Assembly (NCBI GenBank): GCA_963813025.1
Contig: CAWEXO010000011.1
Location: 896,001-960,000, forward strand
Direction of reading: 5' to 3'
DNA: 64,000 bases
DNA from: an uncultured Verrucomicrobiae bacterium
GTDB taxonomy: Bacteria > Verrucomicrobiota > Verrucomicrobiia > Chthoniobacterales > JAFAMB01
Shown here one piece after another: positions 18,951 through 28,898 of this stretch. How positions within the stretch are numbered: the first letter of the stretch is position 1; every line of letters begins with the position of its first letter. The notes below the pieces were generated by a model. The model saw nothing but the letters and a program-made list of their open reading frames with translations, ran no database searches and was not told the origin of the DNA. Position numbers and translations under genes: made by a program.

Positions 18951-19946
18951 TTACTCCTGCTCGCATGCTCCGACGCCCACCTTTTTCGACTCGGCAATCC
19001 GGAGTGGGGCTGCCGCTGGGCCAGGCCGAATAATGAGCGCGACAGCACTGACAATTAAAACCGCGCTAATAAGAATCCGCGGTGTCAGTGGTTCTCGAAG
19101 GAAAAGCCAGCCAAGCAAGACAGCGACCAGTGGATTGACGAACGCATACGTGCCCACAAGACCCGGAGAGCAGACGCGCACCAGCCAGATGTACGCCGAG
19201 AACCCGATAATTGCGCCGAAAGTAACCAGGTAAACCCAGGCCCAGACCGAGCGAACAGCAAGACGAAGATCTTGCGGACGGTTGAGTTCACCGCTGAGCG
19301 CGCCGGCCAGCAGAAGCGCGGCGGCGCCGGTCAACATTTGCATGGCTACGCCTTGAATCGCGGAACCAGGATGGGTGCAACGCTTGGCGTAGAGCGAGCC
19401 CGCCGCCCAAAGAACCGCAGCCAGGAAGAGTGCGATAATCCCGCGGCTCCAGCCGCTATGGAAAGCTCCTGAAGGACCGCTGCTCAGCCCTTCAAGCGAG
19501 AGCACCAGCACCCCGATCAGACCCAGCAATAGGGCCACGATCGCTCTCGCGCTGGGCCGGCTCGCCATACCACTTAACCAGGCAAAAAGGATCAGAAACA
19601 TGGGCACCGTCGCGACCAGCAACGCAGCGGTCCCGGATGGGACATATTGTTCAGCATACGTGACTCCGCCGTTGCCGGCGAACAAAAGACAGACCCCCAC
19701 GATGGCGGCATCGCGCCATTGACGCAGAGTCGGCGCAGGATAGCCGCGCACACTTGCCCAAATCCACAGAGCAGCGCCCGCGGCAAAAAAACGGAGACCT
19801 GCCATTAAGAACGGCGGACACGACTCGATGGCGACCCGGATCGCGAGATAAGTAGATCCCCAAATGAGGTAGACGGAGAGCAGCGCGAGTCCGATCTGGT
19901 ATCGAGTCGGGGCGCCAATCGATCCAGACGTCTTCAGTTCCTTCAT
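18951..19946 (-). CDS. EamA/DMT family exporter (YedA-like)
   Basis: VYLIWGSTYLAIR, GNGGV, YAFVNPLVAV; start 19946 or 19985. Confidence 0.93.
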   Translation of the reverse strand: MKELKTSGSIGAPTRYQIGLALLSVYLIWGSTYLAIRVAIESCPPFLMAGLRFFAAGAALWIWASVRGYPAPTLRQWRDAAIVGVCLLFAGNGGVTYAEQYVPSGTAALLVATVPMFLILFAWLSGMASRPSARAIVALLLGLIGVLVLSLEGLSSGPSGAFHSGWSRGIIALFLAAVLWAAGSLYAKRCTHPGSAIQGVAMQMLTGAAALLLAGALSGELNRPQDLRLAVRSVWAWVYLVTFGAIIGFSAYIWLVRVCSPGLVGTYAFVNPLVAVLLGWLFLREPLTPRILISAVLIVSAVALIIRPGPAAAPLRIAESKKVGVGACEQE

Positions 19947-20070
19947 CCGAGAAGAAAGACGAGATAAAGCTCCCTGTCGTGCCATTTTCGGCCGTGGAAT
20001 AAAGCTTCCAGCTTGTCAGGATAGGCGCCTTGACGAAAGTCACCCAGCTGGCTTCTTCTTCAGAGAATCG

Positions 20071-20967
20071 ATGAACTCCCACCACACCAATAATCCCACG
20101 ACCGCCGGCAACATCCGTGATTACCGATTGGCTGCAGTCGATCTGGATGACACACTGCTTGGTCCGGATAAGACGATCAGTCCGGAAAACCGTCAAGCAG
20201 TGCGGCGCCTTCAGGAAGCAGGGCTCCTCGTCATCATAGCTTCAGGGAGGCGGCATCAGAACAGTATTCGTTTTCAGCGCGAACTCGATCTGCACGGTCC
20301 GATCATTGCCTGCCAAGGAGGTTTGTTGCGTGATGGCGATAGCGGGAACGTGATTGAAGCGCACTTTCTTCCCCAAGCCGTCGCTCAAAGCATCCTGGCG
20401 GAAACTAGGCATTCTGAGGTGCACGTTATCTATTACCATCTCGATCATCTTTACGTCGCGGAGCGGCACAATCCCTGGATCGATCTTTATGAACAGCGAG
20501 TTGGGGAAAAGACAGAAGTTCTGCCCGATCTGGAAAAGCTCGGTGGGAGACGGGCCTTAAAAATCGTCTGGTATGGAGATCCCGCCGAACTGCAGAACCA
20601 GCGGAAAGCAATGGAGATCAAGTACCACGGAAAATCCGACGTCTTTTCGACCGAACGAGAAAACCTCGAGTTCATGCCGCGCGGAGTGAATAAAGCGACG
20701 GCGCTGGCAAAGGTGGCAGAGGAATTGGGAATCGCGCCGAGCCAGACGATGGCGTTCGGGGACAACGAAAACGATATTCAGATGCTGCGCTGGGCCGGGT
20801 GCGGATTGGCGATGGCGCATGGAAAGCCGGAGGCGAAAGCGGCGGCCAGCCTCGTCAGCCCCGACGGCCCTCGCGAGACGGCGTTTGCCCGGGCGGTCGC
20901 CCTCTTTTTTTGGCAAGGCCGCGCGCAGACTGGTTCCATCGAGTCCCGGCTCCCGAGTAGCGGGTAA
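20071..20967 (+). CDS. Cof-type HAD-IIB phosphatase
   Basis: DLDDTLL, ASGR, NKATAL, FGDNEND. Confidence 0.93.
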   Translation: MNSHHTNNPTTAGNIRDYRLAAVDLDDTLLGPDKTISPENRQAVRRLQEAGLLVIIASGRRHQNSIRFQRELDLHGPIIACQGGLLRDGDSGNVIEAHFLPQAVAQSILAETRHSEVHVIYYHLDHLYVAERHNPWIDLYEQRVGEKTEVLPDLEKLGGRRALKIVWYGDPAELQNQRKAMEIKYHGKSDVFSTERENLEFMPRGVNKATALAKVAEELGIAPSQTMAFGDNENDIQMLRWAGCGLAMAHGKPEAKAAASLVSPDGPRETAFARAVALFFWQGRAQTGSIESRLPSSG

Positions 20968-21005
20968 CGAGTCCCGGGTAGGCCGCGGGACTCGCCACTC
21001 GGGAC

Positions 21006-21746
21006 CTAAAGCAAGATTCCTAAATGCTTTGCCTGGAAACGAATCGCCTCCTGGACGTGGGCGTCCCAATACGCCCAATTGTGTCCCCCGGGGAATTCCT
21101 CGTACTCGTGCCGCAGACCGAGCTTCGTGAGATGTGCGTGAAACTCACGATTATCTTCGATCAACTCATCTTCGATTCCACAGTCGATTCGCAGCGCCGG
21201 CAAAAGCGAGCGATCGATGCTCTCCGCTACAGCGTACAGGCTATGCCGGCTCCAGGTGGACGGGTCGCCCAGGATACGCGAAAACTCCGGGCGCTGGTCA
21301 ACTCTGTCGCTTCGCCCAAAATTCAACGCGCCGGAGTGACTAACCGCCGAACAGAAGAGATCCGGGTATTTCAATCCGAGTTTTAATGCGCCGTACCCGC
21401 CCATTGATAGCCCGCCGATACAGCGACCTGCTCGCTCGGCCCGTGTCCGAAATGTTCGATCGACAAAACTGATCAGATCACGTATCAGCGCCGTTTCATA
21501 AGCGAAGCCTTCCGCGGCGTCGGTGTAAAAGCCTCGACCACCGTCGGGCATCACGATGATGAGCGGCAGCCCTTCAACGTAGCGCTCGATGCTTGTTCGA
21601 CGTGTCCAGATCGTGTGATCGTCGGAAAGTCCGTGCAAAAGATAGAGCACAGGGAACGGGGCGGAGCCGTTCTCCGGCAAGATAAGGTTGGCTGCAGTCT
21701 GTTTCTGCAGGCCGGCACTAAAATAATGTAACTCACAAGTAGCCAT
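21006..21746 (-). CDS. Esterase (tributyrin esterase/FrmB-like alpha/beta hydrolase)
   Basis: LYLLHGLSDD, GLSMGG, DCG, GGHNWAYW. Confidence 0.92.
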   Translation of the reverse strand: MATCELHYFSAGLQKQTAANLILPENGSAPFPVLYLLHGLSDDHTIWTRRTSIERYVEGLPLIIVMPDGGRGFYTDAAEGFAYETALIRDLISFVDRTFRTRAERAGRCIGGLSMGGYGALKLGLKYPDLFCSAVSHSGALNFGRSDRVDQRPEFSRILGDPSTWSRHSLYAVAESIDRSLLPALRIDCGIEDELIEDNREFHAHLTKLGLRHEYEEFPGGHNWAYWDAHVQEAIRFQAKHLGILL

Positions 21747-21810
21747 CGGTTTTGATCTCAGGCCGATAACATGCTGGTGAAAAGCAAATTCGAACGAGAC
21801 TCAGAAGATG

Positions 21811-21852
21811 GATGACCGATGACCAATGACTGATGACCGATGACCAATGATC
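21811..21852. repeat. Heptamer tandem repeat RATGACC x6
   Basis: GATGACC GATGACC AATGACT GATGACC GATGACC AATGATC. Confidence 0.9.
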
Positions 21853-21873
21853 GACGCCCCGGAATCCTGTCAC

Positions 21874-23184
21874 TCACTGGCCGCCAACCTCATCCGCCGG
21901 CAATCTTTTTGGAACAAACGCGACGACTAGTGCCCCGGCAAGGACCATCGCGCCGGCCAGCAGCAGGAGTCCGGACGTCGATTGCCTGGTCAGGTCGTTG
22001 AGCCAGCCAACGAGGAACGGCAGAACGAACCCTCCAAGATTTCCGACCGAGTTTACCAAAGCAATCCCGGCCGCTGCAGAAGTGCCGCTCAGAATGCCGG
22101 CAGGCATCGGCCAGAATAAGGGAAAGGTAGAGAGAATCCCGATTGCCCCGAGAGAAAGGCCGGCCATGGCGAGGACAGTCTCGTGAGCAAATCGCGCGCT
22201 GATCGCCAGTCCAATGGCGCCAATAAGCGCGGCGGACGCAAAGTGCCAGCGCCGTTCTCGGGTGCGGTCTGAGTTCCAGCCAAACCAGATCATGGCCGCC
22301 GCCGCTAGAGCGTAGGGGATCGCGGTTAAGAATCCAATTGCCAACGGATCCTTGACGCCGGTGTTCTTGATCAGTTGCGGCAGCCAGAAGCCAACGCCGT
22401 ACAAACCGCCGGCGCAGCAGAAGTAGATGAGACAAAAAAGGAGCAGCCGCGGGTCGACAAAGACCTGCCGGAGTGGCAACGCTACTTTTCGGCTATCTTC
22501 GAGACGCAGATTTTCCTCCAGACGGCGTTTCTCAGCGTCGTTCAACCACTTCGCTTGTCGAATGCCATTGGGTAAGACGAACGGCACCAGGATACCCACC
22601 ACGATCGACGGGATCCCTTCAATCAGAAAAAGCATCTGCCAGCTGCGCAGCCCTGCTGAGCCAGAAAATACGTGGATAATCCAGCCGGAGACCGGCCCGC
22701 CAATAACTCCCGTCAGAGCGATGGCCGACATGAACAGCGCGGTCACATGCGCCCGACGCTGCGAAGGAAACCAATAAGTCAGGTAAAGAATGATTCCTGG
22801 GAAAAAACCCGCTTCGGCCACGCCGAGCAAGAATCGCAGGAGATAGAAAAGAAACGCGGAATGGGCGAACATCGTCAGCGAGGAAATAATTCCCCAGCTG
22901 ATCATGATCCGGGCAATCCAAAAACGCGCTCCGACCCGTTCGAGGATCAGATTGCTTGGAACCTCGAACAGGAAATACCCAACAAAAAAAATGCCGGCAC
23001 CAAAGAAGAACACAGTATCGCTGAATTTCAGATCCGACTGCATCTGCAACTTGGCGAACCCGACGTTTACCCGGTCAAGATAGGCAACGATATAGCAAAG
23101 GAAGAGGAACGGGACGAGACGGCCGGCGACTTTCGCATAAACCGGTCCTTCGGAGACAGGAGTGGCGGCCAGGGGGGATGGCAT
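21874..23184 (-). CDS. MFS transporter, anion:cation symporter family (TtuB-like)
   Basis: YLDRVNVGFA, FEVPSN, AEAGFFPG, NSVGNLGGF. Confidence 0.92.
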   Translation of the reverse strand: MPSPLAATPVSEGPVYAKVAGRLVPFLFLCYIVAYLDRVNVGFAKLQMQSDLKFSDTVFFFGAGIFFVGYFLFEVPSNLILERVGARFWIARIMISWGIISSLTMFAHSAFLFYLLRFLLGVAEAGFFPGIILYLTYWFPSQRRAHVTALFMSAIALTGVIGGPVSGWIIHVFSGSAGLRSWQMLFLIEGIPSIVVGILVPFVLPNGIRQAKWLNDAEKRRLEENLRLEDSRKVALPLRQVFVDPRLLLFCLIYFCCAGGLYGVGFWLPQLIKNTGVKDPLAIGFLTAIPYALAAAAMIWFGWNSDRTRERRWHFASAALIGAIGLAISARFAHETVLAMAGLSLGAIGILSTFPLFWPMPAGILSGTSAAAGIALVNSVGNLGGFVLPFLVGWLNDLTRQSTSGLLLLAGAMVLAGALVVAFVPKRLPADEVGGQ

Positions 23185-23189
23185 GGTGT

Positions 23190-23281
23190 TCGGGAGTCGG
23201 GAGTCAGGAGTCAGAAGTCAGAAGAGCGACTATTCGGTATTCAGTAATCGGTCATCGGCTATCGGCGATCAGCTATCAGCG
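23190..23281. repeat. Two adjacent heptamer tandem arrays
   Basis: TCRGRAG x5 (23190-23224) then WTCRGNN x7 (23233-23281). Confidence 0.8.
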
Positions 23282-23385
23282 GTCCGAGGCTAGCGTGGCG
23301 AACGGGATGGCTACAAGAACGTTTTCGCTTTCAATCGTTTCAAACCGGGGCTTGGCCCCGAAGGCGCATGGGGTATGGTGCAGCG

Positions 23386-24300
23386 ATGTTTCGACACCGG
23401 AGGTTCCGCGAGAACGGACATGAGCTCAATGAGCTGGAGCGCGGACGGCTGCGAATCGTGGTCGATAACCATGGCGCCGAGCTCGTCAGCGTCGCCCGCC
23501 AAAAGAACGACGGTAGCTGGACGGCTTATCTCTACCGGGATGGCCTTGTCTCACCGGCCACCGAAGGTTGGAAGGGTCATGCCACCATCATGGGCTATTA
23601 TATCCATCGGTTGCTCCATCAGCGGACGCTCTACGAAGGAGACGAAATTCGCGGCGGCAATCACGGTTTTCTGCGGACAAAAGATTTCGCGAACCCGGTG
23701 CTGATCCAGGATGCCGGTTTGACTTACCGGCTGCCGACAACTGAGATTCAGCCTGCCGAATATCCACGCAAAGTGGCATTTCAGCTCGATTATCTCCTGG
23801 AAGATGACGCTTTGATCGTCGCCTTTGACTTCACCAATGAAGAATCCAGCCGCCCGGCTCACGTTAGTTTCGGCCTGCATCCGGGATTTGCGGTAAGTTC
23901 TCTGGAAAACGCCCGCATTGTCCTTCCCCGCGGCACGTATCGGCGATATCTCGCTCCCGGAAATTTCCTGAGTGGCGAGACTCTCGAGTTCGAAGCAGAC
24001 GGTGGTCCGGCGCCATTTCGGCCTTTCGATCTACCGGATTCATTTCTGCTCGAAGCGGTCGATGTGGTGCATCATGTTGTCCGCCTGCAGGACTTTGGTT
24101 GGCAACGGCAAGTTGAAGTTGATCTTTCGGAAGCGCCGTTTTTCACTATCTGGAGCGATCTCCATCCTTTTATGTGCATCGAGCCGTGCTGGGGTTTGCC
24201 GGACCATCAGGAGCAAGAGCCTTTCGAAAAAAAACTCGGAATCCAGGTGATCTCGCCGGGTGAAACCTTGACTCGGCGTTGTACTCTTCGTTTTGCATGA
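23386..24300 (+). CDS. Aldose 1-epimerase / galactose mutarotase-like protein
   Basis: GAELVS, NHGFLR, FGLHPGF, FMCIEP; start 23386 or 23368. Confidence 0.85.
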   Translation: MFRHRRFRENGHELNELERGRLRIVVDNHGAELVSVARQKNDGSWTAYLYRDGLVSPATEGWKGHATIMGYYIHRLLHQRTLYEGDEIRGGNHGFLRTKDFANPVLIQDAGLTYRLPTTEIQPAEYPRKVAFQLDYLLEDDALIVAFDFTNEESSRPAHVSFGLHPGFAVSSLENARIVLPRGTYRRYLAPGNFLSGETLEFEADGGPAPFRPFDLPDSFLLEAVDVVHHVVRLQDFGWQRQVEVDLSEAPFFTIWSDLHPFMCIEPCWGLPDHQEQEPFEKKLGIQVISPGETLTRRCTLRFA

Positions 24301-25535
24301 ACTGGATCCACACACTGCGGGAGCGGGTCGAGTTGCAGCCGGGCGTCCCCGCGTTGATCGATCACACGGTTCTCGGAGATCGAGTTATCAGCTTCGCGGC
24401 CTTGAATCGGTTCGTGGATTTTATCTCGGTCCGGTTGCGCGAGGAAAAGATCGAGCCGGGCGCCCGCGTCCTGGTTCTGATGGAACGAGGCCAGGAGTTC
24501 TATGCTCTTCTTCTGGCGTTGCTGCAGATCGGTGCTCTGCCCATGCTCTATTCCGCGGAACTGACGCCCCGTGAACTCGGCGTCTGGTTACAGCAGATGC
24601 GGCCCGATGCCTGCGTCCTGCCAAAAAACAAATGGCTTGAACTGCAGCTCGATCGCGAGTTGCGCCAGCTCCCCAAAAAAATTCTGGCAAACACGATTCG
24701 GTTCCAAAGCCGCTGGCTCCGACTAGGGAGAATGGGTTCGGTCGAAGAAGTCGATGCGGAAGAGACCGCGCTCATGTTTCTGGTGCGTGGACCGGACAAG
24801 GAACTTGCCGTCTACGCCTGGTCGCAGCAGCAGCTCGCGCAAACCACTCAGCAGCTCGTGGCGAGCTTAAGGCTGAAAGCGGGCGAAATCGATCTTTGTG
24901 ACCGGCCGCTCCAACTCATGGCAAACTTATCCGCCGGTCTCACCAGCGTCATCCCGGTCGGTTTCAAACGTTTACAGCGAAAGACCCTGCGGCGACAGAT
25001 TGAAAAATTTAAGCCCACCCGTTCGGCGGCTCCTTCTTTCGTCTTGCGGAACCTGACGTGGAAAGGAGCGTTGCCACTGCGCCGGGTCTTTATCCTCGAT
25101 GCGCCGCTCGACCAGTCCACCGTCGAGTACTTCGCGGAATGCGCGGATCATGCAGATGTGGAGCTGATTTTCGGAGCGGATGTGCCTCTGGCAACGGCCA
25201 GCCTGTCCCACCACGCGTTGCAAGGGACGTCGACCTGGGTCGGCGAGTTCTTTCCAAATGTTCAATATGCGATTATCGAATGGCTCCCCGAATTAAATCC
25301 AAAGGAGTCTCCTTCGATGAAAAACCTCCTTCTACCGCCAGAAAAAACTGGGGAACTGGTTATCTCTGGCCCTTTCCTCCCGCAACGCCTTGGCTTGGAC
25401 GGTCAGATCGAGGAAAGACAGGTGATCAAGGACGATAGTGATGCCTGGTTGCGGACCGGGGTCAAAAGCCATTTAGACGAGCAACGAAGATGCTGGATTG
25501 ACCAGCCGGTGCCGGTCTGGCCGCGAGGCTCTTGA
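24297..25535 (+). CDS. AMP-binding (OleC/acyl-CoA ligase-like) protein with degenerate motifs
   Basis: N-terminal ANL fold, GEIDL...ANLSAGLTSVIP, TGELVISG, WLRTG; P-loop and C-terminal subdomain missing; ATGA overlap with upstream gene. Confidence 0.65.
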   Translation: MNWIHTLRERVELQPGVPALIDHTVLGDRVISFAALNRFVDFISVRLREEKIEPGARVLVLMERGQEFYALLLALLQIGALPMLYSAELTPRELGVWLQQMRPDACVLPKNKWLELQLDRELRQLPKKILANTIRFQSRWLRLGRMGSVEEVDAEETALMFLVRGPDKELAVYAWSQQQLAQTTQQLVASLRLKAGEIDLCDRPLQLMANLSAGLTSVIPVGFKRLQRKTLRRQIEKFKPTRSAAPSFVLRNLTWKGALPLRRVFILDAPLDQSTVEYFAECADHADVELIFGADVPLATASLSHHALQGTSTWVGEFFPNVQYAIIEWLPELNPKESPSMKNLLLPPEKTGELVISGPFLPQRLGLDGQIEERQVIKDDSDAWLRTGVKSHLDEQRRCWIDQPVPVWPRGS

Positions 25536-25615
25536 TTCGCGTGGGCAACCGTAAGCGGGCATCAAAATCATTCCTGGTCGGCTTCCGGAACGGGATTAGG
25601 TTCACCAATATTATT

Positions 25616-25741
25616 ATGGGGGATTACAAAGGTCGAGTGAACCTGAGGCTAAGGAAAAAACGCGCGGCGAAAGAGCGACGAATGAAAGCCCGTTTCGGTC
25701 CTAAAAGGCCAATCGCCCCGCTGCCAATTGCCGAGGCGTGA
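25616..25741 (+). CDS. Small highly basic protein (41 aa)
   Basis: MGDYKGRVNLRLRKKRAAKERRMKARFGPKRPIAPLPIAEA; AT-rich sequence before ATG. Confidence 0.45.
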   Translation: MGDYKGRVNLRLRKKRAAKERRMKARFGPKRPIAPLPIAEA

Positions 25742-25765
25742 TCTCAAAATCGCGCCATTTTCCCC

Positions 25766-25960
25766 ATGGACGAATTACAATTGAACAAGGCTTACAAGCC
25801 CGAAAGCTACACGTGCGTCGAGACAACATACCGGCGGGCCCTCGAAAACGGGGCTGTCGAGGTGCAAGCGCAAAAAACTCAGGAGGGCGACCCGGACCGA
25901 CGCGGCGGCTTTAAGGATCAGTTCGGGAATGCCTGGTGGATCGGAACTCAGATCGGCTGA
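25766..25960 (+). pseudogene. Internally deleted VOC/PhnB-like remnant
   Basis: N-terminal YKPESY joined directly to C-terminal TYRRALENGA...DRRGGFKDQFGNAWWIGTQ; only 64 aa. Confidence 0.6.
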
Positions 25961-26169
25961 GTCCTCCTTCGTGACACAAAGCGCGGCGTAGCGTTCGATC
26001 GAGCTCACGCCGCGATCCGAAACCAAATCGTGCTCGTGCTCGTCGCTGCCCTCCACGGACAAGGCCCCTGGGGTGGCCTCCCCAATACGGACGAGGCCGT
26101 CCGCGCTACCGAAGCGCTCTCGCCGGAACATTATGGCAGCCCGATACTTGGATCGAGCAACATTAGATC

Positions 26170-26754
26170 ATGTTTACTGGCATTGTTGAACGCACTGGAA
26201 CTGTCGTAGATCTCGGAACTCAGGGAGACGCTTGTCGGCTCATGCTGCGTGCATCGTTTCCCGAGAGGCTTTCAATTGGGGCCAGCCTCGCCTTAAACGG
26301 CGCTTGCCTGACCGTCACGGAGAATTCGGGAGAAGAGCTAGGCTTCGATTTGCTGCAAGAAACTTTGCACCGGACGAACCTGGGCGATCTCCGGCCTGGC
26401 GACCTGGTGAACCTCGAACGGCCGCTGCCGGTCAGCGGGCGATTTGACGGGCACATCGTGCAGGGACATATCGATGCAACCGGCACCGTGGCGTCTCTCG
26501 AAGCCTTGGGAGCCGACCGTCGGCTGGCGATCGGATACCCGGCGGCGTTCGCGCGTTACCTGATCCCAAAAGGTTCGATCGCGATCAATGGAATCAGCCT
26601 CACGATTGCTGAAGTGACCGGTAGCGAGTTCGCGGTCTGGATTATTCCGCAGACTTGGAAGGTGACGAATCTGGCAGCTTGTCGAACCGGGATCCGGGTG
26701 AACCTGGAGTTCGATCTGATCGCCAAGTACATCGAGAGGCTCATTGCTCCGTAA
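26170..26754 (+). CDS. ribE: Riboflavin synthase (alpha chain)
   Basis: MFTGIV, GACLTV, VNLER, GHIVQGHID, KGSIAINGISLT. Confidence 0.97.
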   Translation: MFTGIVERTGTVVDLGTQGDACRLMLRASFPERLSIGASLALNGACLTVTENSGEELGFDLLQETLHRTNLGDLRPGDLVNLERPLPVSGRFDGHIVQGHIDATGTVASLEALGADRRLAIGYPAAFARYLIPKGSIAINGISLTIAEVTGSEFAVWIIPQTWKVTNLAACRTGIRVNLEFDLIAKYIERLIAP

Positions 26755-26797
26755 GAACTAAGAATGAAACGCACGGCTGACCCGGGACTTCCCACGT

Positions 26798-27202
26798 CTA
26801 TTCTGGCTCGACGGTTCGACGTTGGCGTTTGCGTTCGGCCCGGCCTTCCTTGGTTCGGCGAATTTCACGCTTCAACGCAGGTGGGCGCGGAGAGCATCTC
26901 CGCCGATCCTTTTCTCGAGCGGCTTTTTGCTGAGCCCGCACTGCCGCGGCGCACTCCTCCAGCAGCGAGACCAGCCGGCGAGCGGCTGCTTGGCGGTTGC
27001 GATACTGCGAACGCGAGTCCTGTACGGTGACCTCCGCGCCGGATCGGGTGTGTCGAAGCGTCACCGCGGTCGAAACCTTGTTGACGTTCTGGCCGCCCGG
27101 ACCGCCTGCGCGGGCGAACATCTCAATAAAATCGCGCTCGTCGAGGCCGAGCCGGTGGATCCGTCGCAGAAGCCTTGGATCAAATCGAATCATTGTCTTC
27201 AT
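26798..27202 (-). CDS. arfB: ArfB-like peptidyl-tRNA hydrolase (RF-1 GGQ domain with basic tail)
   Basis: ARAGGPGGQNVNKVSTAV, RSQYRNR, Arg/Lys-rich C-terminus; start 27202 or 27193. Confidence 0.8.
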   Translation of the reverse strand: MKTMIRFDPRLLRRIHRLGLDERDFIEMFARAGGPGGQNVNKVSTAVTLRHTRSGAEVTVQDSRSQYRNRQAAARRLVSLLEECAAAVRAQQKAAREKDRRRCSPRPPALKREIRRTKEGRAERKRQRRTVEPE

Positions 27203-27308
27203 TGATGGCGTGGGGCGGCCAGAAAACAAATGGCGGTTGACGCTTTTCCGCGACCGCCCTATGTAGCATCGGCGTCCGTCCTGCCGGGGCGCTGCTCCCC
27301 AGCCAGCC

Positions 27309-28502
27309 ATGAACATTCACGAATACCAGGCAAAACAGCTGTTTAATCGGTTCGCGATTGCTACTCCGAAAGGCGAACCGGCGAGCACACCCGAAGAGGC
27401 TGAGAAGGCCGCGGAAGCACTCGGCACGACGCATTTAGTCGTCAAGGCGCAGATTCACGCGGGCGGGCGGGGCAAGGGAGCTTTTAAGAACGGCTTCAAA
27501 GGTGGCGTTCACCTCTGTTCCACCCCGGCCGAAGCCGGTGCGCTCGCCAAAAAGATGCTCGGCCAGGTATTGGTGACTCATCAGACCGGGCCGGAGGGCA
27601 AAGTCGTTCACCGAGTGTTGGTGGCCGAATCAGTCGAAATCGAACGGGAGAATTACCTGGCGATGCTGCTGGATCGCGGGACGGCTGCTCCGGTGGTCGT
27701 CGCGAGCACGGAAGGCGGGGTCGAGATCGAAAAGGTCGCGGAAGAACACCCGGACCAGATCTATCGCGAACCGGTTCACCCGCTCCTTGGTTTCCAGCCT
27801 TACCAGGGATTGAAGATTGGACGCGAGCTAGGGTTCTCGGGCGCTCAGTTGCGGAGCGCCGCCAAGCTTGTCGGCAATCTTTCTCGTCTGTTTTCGGCGC
27901 TCGATTGCTCTCTGGTTGAGATCAATCCATTGGTCATAACGAAGGCCGGAGATGTTATGGCCTTGGATGCCAAATTTAACTTTGATGACAACGCTCTCTA
28001 CCGGCATCCGGAGATTGTCGAGCTCCGCGACCCCTCGGAGGAAGATCCGCGAGAGATCGCCGCTTCGCAGTTTGGTCTGAACTACATCGGGCTAGATGGC
28101 AATATTGCTTGTATGGTCAATGGGGCGGGGCTGGCCATGGCCACGATGGACATTATTAAACATGCCGGGGGTAAGCCGGCGAATTTTCTCGATGTCGGCG
28201 GAGGGGCGACCGAAGAGCAGGTCACGGAAGCATTCAAGATCCTTATCTCGGACAAGAATGTCCGGGCTATTCTGGTCAACATTTTTGGCGGAATCATGAG
28301 GTGCGACGTCATTGCCCAGGGAATCATTAACGCCGTAAAGGCCACCAGTTTGCCAGTTCCTCTGGTGGTTCGCTTGGAAGGAACAAATGTTGATCTCGGG
28401 AAAAAACTTCTGGGAGAATCCAAGCTGCCGATCCAGGCCGCTCCTAATTTAGCGGAAGCGGCTCGCCGAGTGGTAACGGCGGCAAAAGGCTCACGCCCAT
28501 GA
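27309..28502 (+). CDS. sucC: Succinyl-CoA synthetase beta subunit
   Basis: [37 protein letters not shown]. Confidence 0.98.
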   Translation: MNIHEYQAKQLFNRFAIATPKGEPASTPEEAEKAAEALGTTHLVVKAQIHAGGRGKGAFKNGFKGGVHLCSTPAEAGALAKKMLGQVLVTHQTGPEGKVVHRVLVAESVEIERENYLAMLLDRGTAAPVVVASTEGGVEIEKVAEEHPDQIYREPVHPLLGFQPYQGLKIGRELGFSGAQLRSAAKLVGNLSRLFSALDCSLVEINPLVITKAGDVMALDAKFNFDDNALYRHPEIVELRDPSEEDPREIAASQFGLNYIGLDGNIACMVNGAGLAMATMDIIKHAGGKPANFLDVGGGATEEQVTEAFKILISDKNVRAILVNIFGGIMRCDVIAQGIINAVKATSLPVPLVVRLEGTNVDLGKKLLGESKLPIQAAPNLAEAARRVVTAAKGSRP

Positions 28503-28894
28503 AAATCACGGAGATAGCATTCATCGGCTACCCAGTAACGGATATTCGGCGCGCCCGAAGCTTTTATGAAGACGTGCTTGGCCTGGAGCCGAGCAGAACA
28601 TTTGGGTCAGGCGATTCACTTTGGGTAGAGTATGATATCGGACCCACCACCTTCGCGATAAGCAACATGGCGGGAGATCAGTGGAAGCCGTCGCGAGATG
28701 GGCCTTCGGTTGCTTTTGAGGTGGACGCGTTTGAGGAAACTCTCGCTCGATTGCGGGAGAGAAATACCCGCTTCCAGCTTGAGTCCTATGAAAGTCCCAT
28801 TTGCCGGATGGCGATCATTTCCGATCCGGACGGTAACTCGATTGCGATCCACAAGCGCCACGAAACGGTGGAATCCTCGCCGAGACCGCACTAG
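28499..28894 (+). CDS. VOC/glyoxalase family protein
   Basis: [28 protein letters not shown]. Confidence 0.88.
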   Translation: MKITEIAFIGYPVTDIRRARSFYEDVLGLEPSRTFGSGDSLWVEYDIGPTTFAISNMAGDQWKPSRDGPSVAFEVDAFEETLARLRERNTRFQLESYESPICRMAIISDPDGNSIAIHKRHETVESSPRPH

Positions 28895-28898
28895 CCAG

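Noticed and set aside
25775..26131. 118-aa minus-strand ORF
   Set aside because: Overlaps the VOC remnant antisense, crosses micro-repeats and has no recognisable motif
25961..26169. FMN riboswitch upstream of riboflavin synthase
   Set aside because: No recognisable RFN consensus blocks; the region holds only short hairpins and CTCGTG-type micro-repeats
28499..28894. Methylmalonyl-CoA epimerase call for the VOC gene in sucCD
   Set aside because: The first metal-binding His and the C-terminal Glu typical of that enzyme are not evident
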